The notes under the pieces were generated by a model. It was not told where the DNA came from. It did not search any database and saw nothing but the letters and a program-made list of their open reading frames with translations. 64,000 nt of DNA from Eledone cirrhosa. Its lineage: Eukaryota. The stretch covers positions 240,436,001-240,500,000 of the forward strand of contig OZ024741.1 of the NCBI GenBank assembly GCA_964016885.1. Reading direction: 5' to 3'. How positions within the stretch are numbered: the first letter of the stretch is position 1; each line of letters starts with the position of its first letter. Positions 29,601 through 43,731 of the stretch are shown here, in pieces. The position numbers were made by a program, and so were the translations under genes.

Positions 29601-32600
29601 AAAGTGTACTTACAAAGGATCACCTATCCATCAAAGTGTTCTTACAAAGCATCACCCATCCATCAAAGTGTACTTACAAAGCATCACCCATCCATCAAAG
29701 TGTTCTTACAAAGCATCACCCATCCATCAAAGTGTTCTTACAAAGCATCACCCATCCATCAAAGTGTACTTACAAAGCATCACCTATCCATCAAAGTGTA
29801 CTTACAAAGCATCACCCATCCATCAAGGTGTACTTACAAAGCATCACACATCCATCAAAGTGTACTTACAAAGCATCACCCATCCATCAAAGTGTTCTTA
29901 CAAAGCATCACCCATCCATCAAAGTGTACTTACAAAGCATCACCTATCCATCAAAGTGTACTTACAAAGCATCACCCATCCATCAAAGTGTACTTACAAA
30001 GCATCACCCATCCATCAAAGTGTACTTACAAAGCATAACACATCCATCAAAGTGTACTTACAAAGCATCACCCATCCATCAAAGTGTTCTTACAAAGCAT
30101 CACCCATCCATCAAAGTGTTCTTACAAAGCATCACCCATTCATCAAAGTGTACTTACAAAGCATCACCCATCCATCAAAGTGTTCTTACAAAGCATCACC
30201 CATCCATCAAAGTGTACTTACAAAGCATCACCTATCCATCAAAGTGTACTTACAAAGCATCACCCATCCATCAAAGTGTACTTACAAAGCATCACCCATC
30301 CATCAAAGTGTACTTACAAAGCATAACACATCCATCAAAGTGTACTTACAAAGCATCACCCATCCATCAAAGTGTTCTTACAAAGCATCACCCATCCATC
30401 AAAGTGTTCTTACAAAGCATCACCCATTCATCAAAGTGTACTTACAAAGCATCACCCATCCATCAAAGTGTTCTTACAAAGCATCACCCATCCGTCAAAG
30501 TGTACTTACAAAGCATCACCTATCCATCAAAGTGTACTTACAAAGCATCACACATCCATCAAAGTGTACTTACAAAGCATCACCCATCCATCAAAGTGTA
30601 CTTACAAAGCATAACACATCCATCAAAGTGTACTTACAAAGCATCACCCATCCATCAAAGTGTTCTTACAAAGCATCACCCATCCATCAAAGTGTTCTTA
30701 CAAAGCATCACCCATTCATCAAAGTGTACTTACAAAGCATCACCCATCCATCAAAGTGTACTTACAAAGCATCACCCATCCATCAAAGTGTACTTACAAA
30801 GCATCACCCATCCATCAAAGTGTACTTACAAAGCATCACCCATCCATCAAAGTGTTCTTACAAAGCATCACCCATCCATCAAAGTGTACTTACAAAGCAT
30901 CACCCATTCATCAAAGTGTTCTTACAAAGCATCACCCATCCATCAAAGTGTACTTACAAAGCATCAACTATCCATCAAAGTGTTCTTACAAAGCATCACC
31001 CATCCATCAAAGTGTACTTACAACGCATCACACATCCATCAAAGTGTACTTACAAAGCATCACCTATCCATCAAAGTGTACTTACAAAGCATCACCCATC
31101 CATCAAAGTGTACTTACAAGGCATCACCTATCCATCAAAGTGTTCTTACAAAGCATCACCCATCCATCAAAGTGTACTTACAAAGCATCACCTATCCATC
31201 AAAGTGTTCTTACAAAGCATCACACATCCATCAAAGTGTACTTACAAAGCATCACCTATCCATCAAAGTGTACTTACAAAGCATCACCCATCCATCAAAG
31301 TGTACTTACAAAGCATCACCCATCCATCAAAGTGTACTTACAAAGCATCACCCATCCATCAAAGTGTACTTACAAAGGATCACCTATCCATCAAACTGTT
31401 CTTACAAAGCATCACCCATCCATCAAAGTGTACTTACAAAGCATCACCTATCCATCAAAGTGTACTTACAAAGCATCACACATCCATCAAAGTGTACTTA
31501 CAAAGCATCACCCATCCATCAAAGTGTACTTACAAAGCATAACACATCCATCAAAGTGTACTTACAAAGCATCACCCATCCATCAAAGTGTTCTTACAAA
31601 GCATCACCCATCCATCAAAGTTTTCTTACAAAGCATCACCCATTCATCAAAGTGTACTTACAAAGCATCACCCATCCATCAAAGTGTACTTACAAAGCAT
31701 CACCCATCCATCAAAGTGTACTTACAAAGCATCACCCATCCATCAAAGTGTACTTACAAAGCATCACCCATCCATCAAAGTGTTCTTACAAAGCATCACC
31801 CATCCATCAAAGTGTACTTACAAAGCATCACCCATTCATCAAAGTGTTCTTACAAAGCATCACCCATCCATCAAAGTGTACTTACAAAGCATCAACTATC
31901 CATCAAAGTGTTCTTACAAAGCATCACCCATCCATCAAAGTGTACTTACAACGCATCACACATCCATCAAAGTGTACTTACAAAGCATCACCTATCCATC
32001 AAAGTGTACTTACAAAGCATCACCCATCCATCAAAGTGTACTTACAAGGCATCACCTATCCATCAAAGTGTTCTTACAAAGCATCACCCATCCATCAAAG
32101 TGTACTTACAAAGGATCACCTATCCATCAAAGTGTTCTTACAAAGCATCACCCATCCATCAAAGTGTACTTACAAAGCATCACCCATCCATCAAAGTGTT
32201 CTTACAAAGCATCACCCATCCATCAAAGTGTTCTTACAAAGCATCACCCATCCATCAAAGTGTACTTACAAAGCATCACCTATCCATCAAAGTGTACTTA
32301 CAAAGCATCACCCATCCATCAAGGTGTACTTACAAAGCATCACACATCCATCAAAGTGTACTTACAAAGCATCACCCATCCATCAAAGTGTTCTTACAAA
32401 GCATCACCCATCCATCAAAGTGTACTTACAAAGCATCACCTATCCATCAAAGTGTACTTACAAAGCATCACCCATCCATCAAAGTGTACTTACAAAGCAT
32501 CACCCATCCATCAAAGTGTACTTACAAAGCATAACACATCCATCAAAGTGTACTTACAAAGCATCACCCATCCATCAAAGTGTTCTTACAAAGCATCACC

Positions 32601-35600
32601 CATCCATCAAAGTGTTCTTACAAAGCATCACCCATTCATCAAAGTGTACTTACAAAGCATCACCCATCCATCAAAGTGTTCTTACAAAGCATCACCCATC
32701 CATCAAAGTGTACTTACAAAGCATCACCTATCCATCAAAGTGTACTTACAAAGCATCACACATCCATCAAAGTGTACTTACAAAGCATCACCCATCCATC
32801 AAAGTGTACTTACAAAGCATAACACATCCATCAAAGTGTACTTACAAAGCATCACCCATCCATCAAAGTGTTCTTACAAAGCATCACCCATCCATCAAAG
32901 TGTTCTTACAAAGCATCACCCATTCATCAAAGTGTACTTACAAAGCATCACCCATCCATCAAAGTGTACTTACAAAGCATCACCCATCCATCAAAGTGTA
33001 CTTACAAAGCATCACCCATCCATCAAAGTGTACTTACAAAGCATCACCCATCCATCAAAGTGTTCTTACAAAGCATCACCCATCCATCAAAGTGTACTTA
33101 CAAAGCATCACCCATTCATCAAAGTGTTCTTACAAAGCATCACCCATCCATCAAAGTGTACTTACAAAGCATCAACTATCCATCAAAGTGTTCTTACAAA
33201 GCATCACCCATCCATCAAAGTGTACTTACAACGCATCACACATCCATCAAAGTGTACTTACAAAGCATCACCTATCCATCAAAGTGTACTTACAAAGCAT
33301 CACCCATCCATCAAAGTGTACTTACAAGGCATCACCTATCCATCAAAGTGTTCTTACAAAGCATCACCCATCCATCAAAGTGTACTTACAAAGCATCACC
33401 TATCCATCAAAGTGTTCTTACAAAGCATCACACATCCATCAAAGTGTACTTACAAAGCATCACCTATCCATCAAAGTGTACTTACAAAGCATCACCCATC
33501 CATCAAAGTGTACTTACAAAGCATCACCCATCCATCAAAGTGTACTTACAAAGCATCACCCATCCATCAAAGTGTACTTACAAAGGATCACCTATCCATC
33601 AAACTGTTCTTACAAAGCATCACCCATCCATCAAAGTGTACTTACAAAGCATCACCTATCCATCAAAGTGTACTTACAAAGCATCACACATCCATCAAAG
33701 TGTACTTACAAAGCATCACCCATCCATCAAAGTGTACTTACAAAGCATAACACATCCATCAAAGTGTACTTACAAGGCATCACCTATCCATCAAAGTGTT
33801 CTTACAAAGCATCACCCATCCATCAAAGTGTACTTACAAAGGATCACCTATCCATCAAAGTGTTCTTACAAAGCATCACCCATCCATCAAAGTGTACTTA
33901 CAAAGCATCACCCATCCATCAAAGTGTTCTTACAAAGCATCACCCATCCATCAAAGTGTTCTTACAAAGCATCACCCATCCATCAAAGTGTACTTACAAA
34001 GCATCACCTATCCATCAAAGTGTACTTACAAAGCATCACCCATCCATCAAGGTGTACTTACAAAGCATCACACATCCATCAAAGTGTACATACAAAGCAT
34101 CACCCATCCATCAAAGTGTTCTTACAAAGCATCACCCATCCATCAAAGTGTACTTACAAAGCATCACCTATCCATCAAAGTGTACTTACAAAGCATCACC
34201 CATCCATCAAAGTGTACTTACAAAGCATCACCCATCGATCAAAGTGTACTTACAAAGCATAACACATCCATCAAAGTGTACTTACAAAGCATCACCCATC
34301 CATCAAAGTGTTCTTACAAAGCATCACCCATCCATCAAAGTGTTCTTACAAAGCATCACCCATTCATCAAAGTGTACTTACAAAGCATCACCCATCCATC
34401 AAAGTGTTCTTACAAAGCATCACCCATCCATCAAAGTGTACTTACAAAGCATCACCTATCCATCAAAGTGTACTTACAAAGCATCACACATCCATCAAAG
34501 TGTACTTACAAAGCATCACCCATCCATCAAAGTGTACTTACAAAGCATAACACATCCATCAAAGTGTACTTACAAAGCATCACCCATCCATCAAAGTGTT
34601 CTTACAAAGCATCACCCATCCATCAAAGTGTTCTTACAAAGCATCACCCATTCATCAAAGTGTACTTACAAAGCATCACCCATCCATCAAAGTGTACTTA
34701 CAAAGCATCACCCATCCATCAAAGTGTACTTACAAAGCATCACCCATCCATCAAAGTGTACTTACAAAGCATCACCCATCCATCAAAGTGTACTTACAAA
34801 GCATCACCCATTCATCAAAGTGTTCTTACAAAGCATCACCCATCCATCAAAGTGTACTTACAAAGCATCAACTATCCATCAAAGTGTTCTTACAAAGCAT
34901 CACCCATCCATCAAAGTGTACTTACAACGCATCACACATCCATCAAAGTGTACTTACAAAGCATCACCTATCCATCAAAGTGTACTTACAAAGCATCACC
35001 CATCCATCAAAGTGTACTTACAAGGCATCACCTATCCATCAAAGTGTTCTTACAAAGCATCACCCATCCATCAAAGTGTACTTACAAAGCATCACCTATC
35101 CATCAAAGTGTTCTTACAAAGCATCACACATCCATCAAAGTGTACTTACAAAGCATCACCTATCCATCAAAGTGTACTTACAAAGCATCACCCATCCATC
35201 AAAGTGTACTTACAAAGCATCACCCATCCATCAAAGTGTACTTACAAAGCATCACCCATCCATCAAAGTGTACTTACAAAGGATCACCTATCCATCAAAC
35301 TGTTCTTACAAAGCATCACCCATCCATCAAAGTGTACTTACAAAGCATCACCTATCCATCAAAGTGTACTTACAAAGCATCACACATCCATCAAAGTGTA
35401 CTTACAAAGCATCACCCATCCATCAAAGTGTACTTACAAAGCATAACACATCCATCAAAGTGTACTTACAAAGCATCACCCATCCATCAAAGTGTTCTTA
35501 CAAAGCATCACCCATCCATCAAAGTGTTCTTACAAAGCATCACCCATTCATCAAAGTGTACTTACAAAGCATCACCCATCCATCAAAGTGTACTTACAAA

Positions 35601-38600
35601 GCATCACCCATCCATCAAAGTGTACTTACAAAGCATCACCCATCCATCAAAGTGTACTTACAAAGCATCACCCATCCATCAAAGTGTTCTTACAAAGCAT
35701 CACCCATCCATCAAAGTGTACTTACAAAGCATCACCCATTCATCAAAGTGTTCTTACAAAGCATCACCCATCCATCAAAGTGTACTTACAAAGCATCAAC
35801 TATCCATCAAAGTGTTCTTACAAAGCATCACCCATCCATCAAAGTGTACTTACAAAGCATCACACATCCATCAAAGTGTACTTACAAAGCATCACCTATC
35901 CATCAAAGTGTACTTACAAAGCATCACCCATCCATCAAAGTGTACTTACAAGGCATCACCTATCCATCAAAGTGTTCTTACAAAGCATCACCCATCCATC
36001 AAAGTGTACTTACAAAGGATCACCTATCCATCAAAGTGTTCTTACAAAGCATCACCCATCCATCAAAGTGTACTTACAAAGCATCACCCATCCATCAAAG
36101 TGTTCTTACAAAGCATCACCCATCCATCAAAGTGTTCTTACAAAGCATCACCCATCCATCAAAGTGTACTTACAAAGCATCACCTATCCATCAAAGTGTA
36201 CTTACAAAGCATCACCCATCCATCAAGGTGTACTTACAAAGCATCACACATCCATCAAAGTGTACTTACAAAGCATCACCCATCCATCAAAGTGTTCTTA
36301 CAAAGCATCACCCATCCATCAAAGTGTACTTACAAAGCATCACCTATCCATCAAAGTGTACTTACAAAGCATCACCCATCCATCAAAGTGTACTTACAAA
36401 GCATCACCCATCCATCAAAGTGTACTTACAAAGCATAACACATCCATCAAAGTGTACTTACAAAGCATCACCCATCCATCAAAGTGTTCTTACAAAGCAT
36501 CACCCATCCATCAAAGTGTTCTTACAAAGCATCACCCATTCATCAAAGTGTACTTACAAAGCATCACCCATCCATCAAAGTGTTCTTACAAAGCATCACC
36601 CATCCATCAAAGTGTACTTACAAAGCATCACCTATCCATCAAAGTGTACTTACAAAGCATCACACATCCATCAAAGTGTACTTACAAAGCATCACCCATC
36701 CATCAAAGTGTACTTACAAAGCATAACACATCCATCAAAGTGTACTTACAAAGCATCACCCATCCATCAAAGTGTTCTTACAAAGCATCACCCATCCATC
36801 AAAGTGTTCTTACAAAGCATCACCCATCCATCAAAGTGTACTTACAACGCATCACACATCCATCAAAGTGTACTTACAAAGCATCACCTATCCATCAAAG
36901 TGTACTTACAAAGCATCACCCATCCATCAAAGTGTACTTACAAGGCATCACCTATCCATCAAAGTGTTCTTACAAAGCATCACCCATCCATCAAAGTGTA
37001 CTTACAAAGCATCACCTATCCATCAAAGTGTTCTTACAAAGCATCACACATCCATCAAAGTGTACTTACAAAGCATCACCTATCCATCAAAGTGTACTTA
37101 CAAAGCATCACCCATCCATCAAAGTGTACTTACAAAGCATCACCCATCCATCAAAGTGTACTTACAAAGCATCACCCATCCATCAAAGTGTACTTACAAA
37201 GGATCACCTATCCATCAAAGTGTTCTTACAAAGCATCACCCATCCATCAAAGTGTACTTACAAAGCATCACCTATCCATCAAAGTGTACTTACAAAGCAT
37301 CACACATCCATCAAAGTGTACTTACAAAGCATCACCCATCCATCAAAGTGTACTTACAAAGCATAACACATCCATCAAAGTGTACTTACAAAGCATCACC
37401 CATCCATCAAAGTGTTCTTACAAAGCATCACCCATCCATCAAAGTGTTCTTACAAAGCATCACCCATTCATCAAAGTGTACTTACAAAGCATCACCCATC
37501 CATCAAAGTGTACTTACAAAGCATCACCCATCCATCAAAGTGTACTTACAAAGCATCACCCATCCATCAAAGTGTACTTACAAAGCATCACCCATCCATC
37601 AAAGTGTTCTTACAAAGCATCACCCATCCATCAAAGTGTACTTACAAAGCATCACCCATTCATCAAAGTGTTCTTACAAAGCATCACCCATCCATCAAAG
37701 TGTACTTACAAAGCATCAACTATCCATCAAAGTGTTCTTACAAAGCATCACCCATCCATCAAAGTGTACTTACAACGCATCACACATCCATCAAAGTGTA
37801 CTTACAAAGCATCACCTATCCATCAAAGTGTACTTACAAAGCATCACCCATCCATCAAAGTGTACTTACAAGGCATCACCTATCCATCAAAGTGTTCTTA
37901 CAAAGCATCACCCATCCATCAAAGTGTACTTACAAAGGATCACCTATCCATCAAAGTGTTCTTACAAAGCATCACCCATCCATCAAAGTGTACTTACAAA
38001 GCATCACCCATCCATCAAAGTGTTCTTACAAAGCATCACCCATCCATCAAAGTGTTCTTACAAAGCATCACCCATCCATCAAAGTGTACTTACAAAGCAT
38101 CACCTATCCATCAAAGTGTACTTACAAAGCATCACCCATCCATCAAGGTGTACTTACAAAGCATCACACATCCATCAAAGTGTACTTACAAAGCATCACC
38201 CATCCATCAAAGTGTTCTTACAAAGCATCACCCATCCATCAAAGTGTACTTACAAAGCATCACCTATCCATCAAAGTGTACTTACAAAGCATCACCCATC
38301 CATCAAAGTGTACTTACAAAGCATCACCCATCCATCAAAGTGTACTTACAAAGCATAACACATCCATCAAAGTGTACTTACAAAGCATCACCCATCCATC
38401 AAAGTGTTCTTACAAAGCATCACCCATCCATCAAAGTGTTCTTACAAAGCATCACCCATTCATCAAAGTGTACTTACAAAGCATCACCCATCCATCAAAG
38501 TGTTCTTACAAAGCATCACCCATCCATCAAAGTGTACTTACAAAGCATCACCTATCCATCAAAGTGTACTTACAAAGCATCACACATCCATCAAAGTGTA

Positions 38601-40011
38601 CTTACAAAGCATCACCCATCCATCAAAGTGTACTTACAAAGCATAACACATCCATCAAAGTGTACTTACAAAGCATCACCCATCCATCAAAGTGTTCTTA
38701 CAAAGCATCACCCATCCATCAAAGTGTTCTTACAAAGCATCACCCATTCATCAAAGTGTACTTACAAAGCATCACCCATCCATCAAAGTGTACTTACAAA
38801 GCATCACCCATCCATCAAAGTGTACTTACAAAGCATCACCCATCCATCAAAGTGTACTTACAAAGCATCACCCATCCATCAAAGTGTTCTTACAAAGCAT
38901 CACCCATCCATCAAAGTGTACTTACAAAGCATCACCCATTCATCAAAGTGTTCTTACAAAGCATCACCCATCCATCAAAGTGTACTTACAAAGCATCAAC
39001 TATCCATCAAAGTGTTCTTACAAAGCATCACCCATCCATCAAAGTGTACTTACAACGCATCACACATCCATCAAAGTGTACTTACAAAGCATCACCTATC
39101 CATCAAAGTGTACTTACAAAGCATCACCCATCCATCAAAGTGTACTTACAAGGCATCACCTATCCATCAAAGTGTTCTTACAAAGCATCACCCATCCATC
39201 AAAGTGTACTTACAAAGCATCACCTATCCATCAAAGTGTTCTTACAAAGCATCACACATCCATCAAAGTGTACTTACAAAGCATCACCTATCCATCAAAG
39301 TGTACTTACAAAGCATCACCCATCCATCAAAGTGTACTTACAAAGCATCACCCATCCATCAAAGTGTACTTACAAAGCATCACCCATCCATCAAAGTGTA
39401 CTTACAAAGGATCACCTATCCATTAAAGTGTTCTTACAAAGCATCACCCATCCATCAAAGTGTACTTACAAAGCATCACCCATCCATCAAAGTGTTCTTA
39501 CAAAGCATCACCCATCCATCAAAGTGTTCTTACAAAGCATCACCCATCCATCAAAGTGTACTTACAAAGCATCACCTATCCATCAAAGTGTACTTACAAA
39601 GCATCACCCATCCATCAAAGTGTTCTTACAAAGCATCACACATCCATCAAAGTGTTCTTACAAAGCATCACCCATCCATCAAAGTGTACTTACAAAGGAT
39701 CACCTATCCATCAAAGTGTACTTACAAAGCATCACCTATCCATCAAAGTGTTCTTACAAAGCATCACCCATCCATCGAAGTGTACTTACAAAGCATCACC
39801 CATCCATCGAAGTGTTCTTACAAAGCATCACCCATCCATCAAAGTGTTCTTACAAAGCATCACACATCCATCAAAGTGTACTTACAAAGCATCACCCATC
39901 CATCAAAGTGTACTTACAAAGCATCACCCATCCATCAAAGTGTTCTTACAAAGCATCACCTATCCATCAAAGTGTACTTACAAAGCATCACCCATCTATC
40001 GAAGTGTACTT
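26617..40011. repeat. 32-bp satellite, consensus AAAGTGTACTTACAAAGCATCACCCATCCATC, ~418 copies with higher-order repeats
   Basis: Constant 32-bp period with no visible indels. Diagnostic variants recur at spacings of 288, 928 and 992 bp (stop positions in the ORF track). Confidence 0.99.
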
Positions 40012-40125
40012 CATTTCTCCCCAGTCTTCTTATACTCTATACATTTACTGCCTATGTTTCACTTCCATGCAACACCATACCTCACAACAGGCATGGAACA
40101 ATTTAAAGAATTTGTCACTGTTGAG
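40012..40125 (-). mobile_element. Decayed RTE LINE fragment (proximal part, right of the satellite)
   Basis: The minus strand reads LHGSET*AVNV*SIRRLGRNE, homologous to MLHGSETWALCAEDIRRLERNE. Confidence 0.8.
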
Positions 40126-40379
40126 AGAATATTTAGAAGCTTTCCTATTAATGATATGGTAATTGTTACTTGTAGCCTACTGTGGGTCTCAGCTACACAT
40201 TCTGTATTTATACACATATAACATTATCATTTACTTCGGTTCCTAGAGCATTTCTCACTATATACTTTAATTAATTAGCAACAAAAGTGCTAATTATATC
40301 CATTTCTGAATAATACTAGGAGTGAATTGGTATATATAACCATCAAATACACGTTCCCTTGTTTGGATGATATACACAC

Positions 40380-40420
40380 CTTCTGATGAGGGTCCAATTC
40401 GATCTGAAAATCGATTAAAG
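40380..40420 (+). ncRNA. Minimal type I hammerhead ribozyme motif (solo)
   Basis: ctt-CTGATGA-gggtc-caattc-gatct-GAAA-ATCGAT-TA-aag. Palindromic stem III ATCGAT. Confidence 0.72.
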
Positions 40421-41349
40421 ATTTTTGTCATTTTTTCAATTTACAGGGAAATTAGTATTTTCTGGCATGTTAACACACCTCCAAATTAGATATGCGTATA
40501 TATGTATACACGTTGGTGCAGTCTGGGTTACACATACTGTATTTATAAAGATATAACTTTAATATGGTTATATATTAAGTGACATCTGTGGTACATTGTG
40601 GATAGTGATATAGTTATTTATTAACTGATAACTGTGCTATACTGTGGGGGAGAGTGTGATATAGTTTTATATATGAACAGTTATCTGTAGCATACTGGGA
40701 GAATGGTTAAATGAATTATTATTAAAGTATAGACATTTGAAAAGAATAAAAATAGCAACATCTGAGAACAGCATCAGGAAGAACATATAAAGAATATAAT
40801 CTGGCTAGAGACAAGATTATGAAATTTCTTTGTGAAAGGAGACTCTATATTCTAGATTGTTTTTCATATATAATGAAAACTTACAGTGACAAAAGAAATG
40901 TATCTTGTAAAGGTGAAAATATCATTGAATCTTTTGCTAGACAGAATATATTGGATTAAAAGACTATGAAATAACACCAATTAGATGTTTTGCCTTTAGC
41001 TACCACACCAGACCAATATCTGATACCATTGGGATATTATGAATTTATTATATTTCAGTAAAGTCATATCTTATTGGTGAGACTCAGAGATACAAATTGA
41101 ATACCTTGATATCAAGCTTACAGATTTTAAATATTAATGAAATAAGGCATAATAAATACACCTGCTATTTCATATGTATACACCTCTCATACACACATAC
41201 ATATTTAGATACATGCGTACATATACATACATGCATACATACGTATTGATATATAGAGATACACATATACATACATATATAGAGATACACACATACACAC
41301 ATATATAGAGATACACACACACATACATGCATATATAGAGATATACAGA

Positions 41350-42205
41350 TCTATATATTAATTTCAACAATGTCATTATTCCGTGTGTCATAATTTTCGA
41401 TTATCATTGGTTCATAGGTTTCAAACGACTCCGCCCACCTCAACGACGCCAAACTTAAATTAATATGCATAATGCCAATGAGGGAGTGAGAGGGGAGGGA
41501 GAGGCAAAGTGAACACTAAGTATATGTGTCAGTGTAGAGACATGTGTGTGTGTGATGTGTGTGGAAATAAGAGGGGAAGGAAAGCAATAACAATTAACTT
41601 CTGTGCGTGTGTATGTACGTGCGCGTATGTTTATGTGTGTGTGCTTGCGTGCAGCGTTCCACAGAAAGTAAAAACTATCAACATGTGTGCGTTTCCATGC
41701 GTGTATGTGTGTGTACGTGTGGCATCCCACAATCGCCATGCAGTTTATCTGTCTGTGTGCCTGTCTGTCAGTCTAACATACACAGAGTTGTGAAGGGAGT
41801 AAATAGGGACCTTTTTTTTCATTGACTGACATCTTTTATATTAATTATCTATATCTATATCTACATATAATATAAAAGATTGGAACTTCCATAATCCTTT
41901 TGATAAACGTGGAACAACCACGTCTATGCAATGATACACGTTTTACAGTCAGGCAGAAGATGAACCATCTCCTAGAGGTCACTATTCTAGGTGGGAGCAC
42001 CTAGAATTGTTCATATACTATGCACAAACGGTACAACGAAGAATCTGGTATATCTGGAAGATTTTTTTTACTGTTTTTTATATCACACAGACACCACGGA
42101 CTCGCCTCATACTGTAATCAGACAAACATCCAATACAGTCATTTTCTCTTTTACCTGTCTTCTCTTATCATCTGTTTAACCGGGCGAAGCTGGGTACATC
42201 AGCTA

Positions 42206-42206
<1 letters not shown>
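41350..42206 (+). mobile_element. Non-autonomous Helitron, copy 2
   Basis: Starts A|TC (41350) and ends hairpin + CTAG|T (42206). Homologous to 16760-17906 but lacks the ~280-bp R/E-rich segment. Confidence 0.82.
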
Positions 42207-42255
<49 letters not shown>

Positions 42256-43005
42256 GTACATATGTGACGAATTGACAGTGTCATTAGAAAGTTTGATACA
42301 ATGATTTACAGTATCCATTTCAGCTCTCTGCACTTTCTGAATTCAAATCCTGCCAAGGTCAACTTTGCTTTTCATCCCTTTGAGGTTGATAAAAAAACCA
42401 CACCCTGTACTAGATCAATTTTTTTCTCTAAATCTCCTTTTCACTTTCTTCAATCTCCTTCTTGGGAAGAAACCAGCTGGGGAGGGGATGAACTCTGCCA
42501 GGTTGAAAATGTCCAAGACACCCCTACAACTCCATTAGGAATCCATCAACCCATCCATCCGTACATACATACCATAGGTATGACAAAACAAATGTCTTTG
42601 TAAATGGCCAAAAACATTTGTTAAAGTTAAAAGAAGTACAATTGTAATGTGAAGTAGCAATGCCCTCTCCTGAGGTGTGCAAAAATAACTAAAATATTAT
42701 CGACATCTGTCACATTATATATATATATATACATATAATATATATACATATATACATATATATACATATAATATATATATATGTATACATATATATATAT
42801 ACATATATACATATATATACATATAATATATATATATATACATATATATACATATAATATATATAATATATATATAAATATATATATAATATGTATATAT
42901 ATATTATATATATATATAATATGTATATATATAATATGTAAATATATATTATATATATATAATATGTAATATATAAGATCAAAAGATGGTTAAAAGAATT
43001 CCATG

Positions 43006-43076
43006 TATTTTATTATGCGCATTTCAAAAACAAATATCATCATGCAATAACATTTGTGTTTTCGTCAGATAAAATA
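43006..43076 (-). ncRNA. Minimal type I hammerhead ribozyme (H5, left arm)
   Basis: Reverse complement of the 43178-43248 motif with one stem II difference. Confidence 0.8.
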
Positions 43077-43177
43077 GGGAGACATGATATGAAGGTTAAA
43101 ACACACTTGTGAATAGTGCAGTTTTAAATCAACTGCACTATTCACAAGTGTTTTTTAACCTTCATATCATGTCTCCC

Positions 43178-43248
43178 TATTTTATCTGACGAAAACGCAA
43201 ATGTTATTGCATGATGATATTTGTTTTTGAAATGCGCATAATAAAATA
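43178..43248 (+). ncRNA. Minimal type I hammerhead ribozyme (H5, right arm)
   Basis: Perfect 8-bp stem I tattttat/ataaaata; CTGACGA at 43186; stem II gcaaatgttat/atgatatttgt; GAAA at 43229; palindromic TGCGCA; UA at 43239-43240. Confidence 0.85.
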
Positions 43249-43431
43249 CATGGAACTCTTTTAACCATCTTTTGATCTTATATATTATTATGTATACTCC
43301 AGTCCTACAAACTGTAGAGTGCTACTTATCCGATATCTGCATTGCTTTATTGTACTACAATAAAACTCACCTCCTACATATATATAATATGTATATATAT
43401 ATAATATATATATATATACATATATAATAAG

Positions 43432-43650
43432 AATTGATCGACTTTCGTCAAATCGGACTGAAGAAACGATGTTTTCGTCGGTCTTTCCAGTTGCTAGTAC
43501 TATCTATCGGTCGCAACTCCAGGTAGAAGGAGCAATGTGAAATAAAGTGTCTTGCTCAAGGACATAACGCATCGCCCGGTCCAGGAATCGAACTCACAAC
43601 CTCAAGATTGTAAATCCAATTCTCTAACCACTCAGCCACACGCCTTCACA
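43432..43650 (-). mobile_element. tRNA-derived CORE-like SINE
   Basis: Reverse-complement homolog of 15229-15432. Confidence 0.78.
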
Positions 43651-43676
43651 TATAAACACATATATATATATATGTA

Positions 43677-43712
<36 letters not shown>

Positions 43713-43731
43713 TACATACATACATACATAC

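Larger units (their letters stand above)
42967..43380 (+). mobile_element. Asymmetric fold-back element (family H5), inverted repeat 42967-43287 with 7-nt loop
   Basis: ~157-bp arms with few mismatches. The right arm extends ~90 bp further. Both ends lie in TA-rich microsatellite. Confidence 0.9.

Noticed and set aside
26498-35446. 2982-aa ORF and overlapping long ORFs as a real gene (for example a zinc-finger array)
   Set aside because: They are translations of a 32-bp satellite that is open in all three frames. There is no C2H2 spacing and no frame preference.
26617-40011. CRISPR array (32-bp repeat)
   Set aside because: The monomers are directly adjacent with no unique spacers, there are no cas genes, and the context is eukaryotic.
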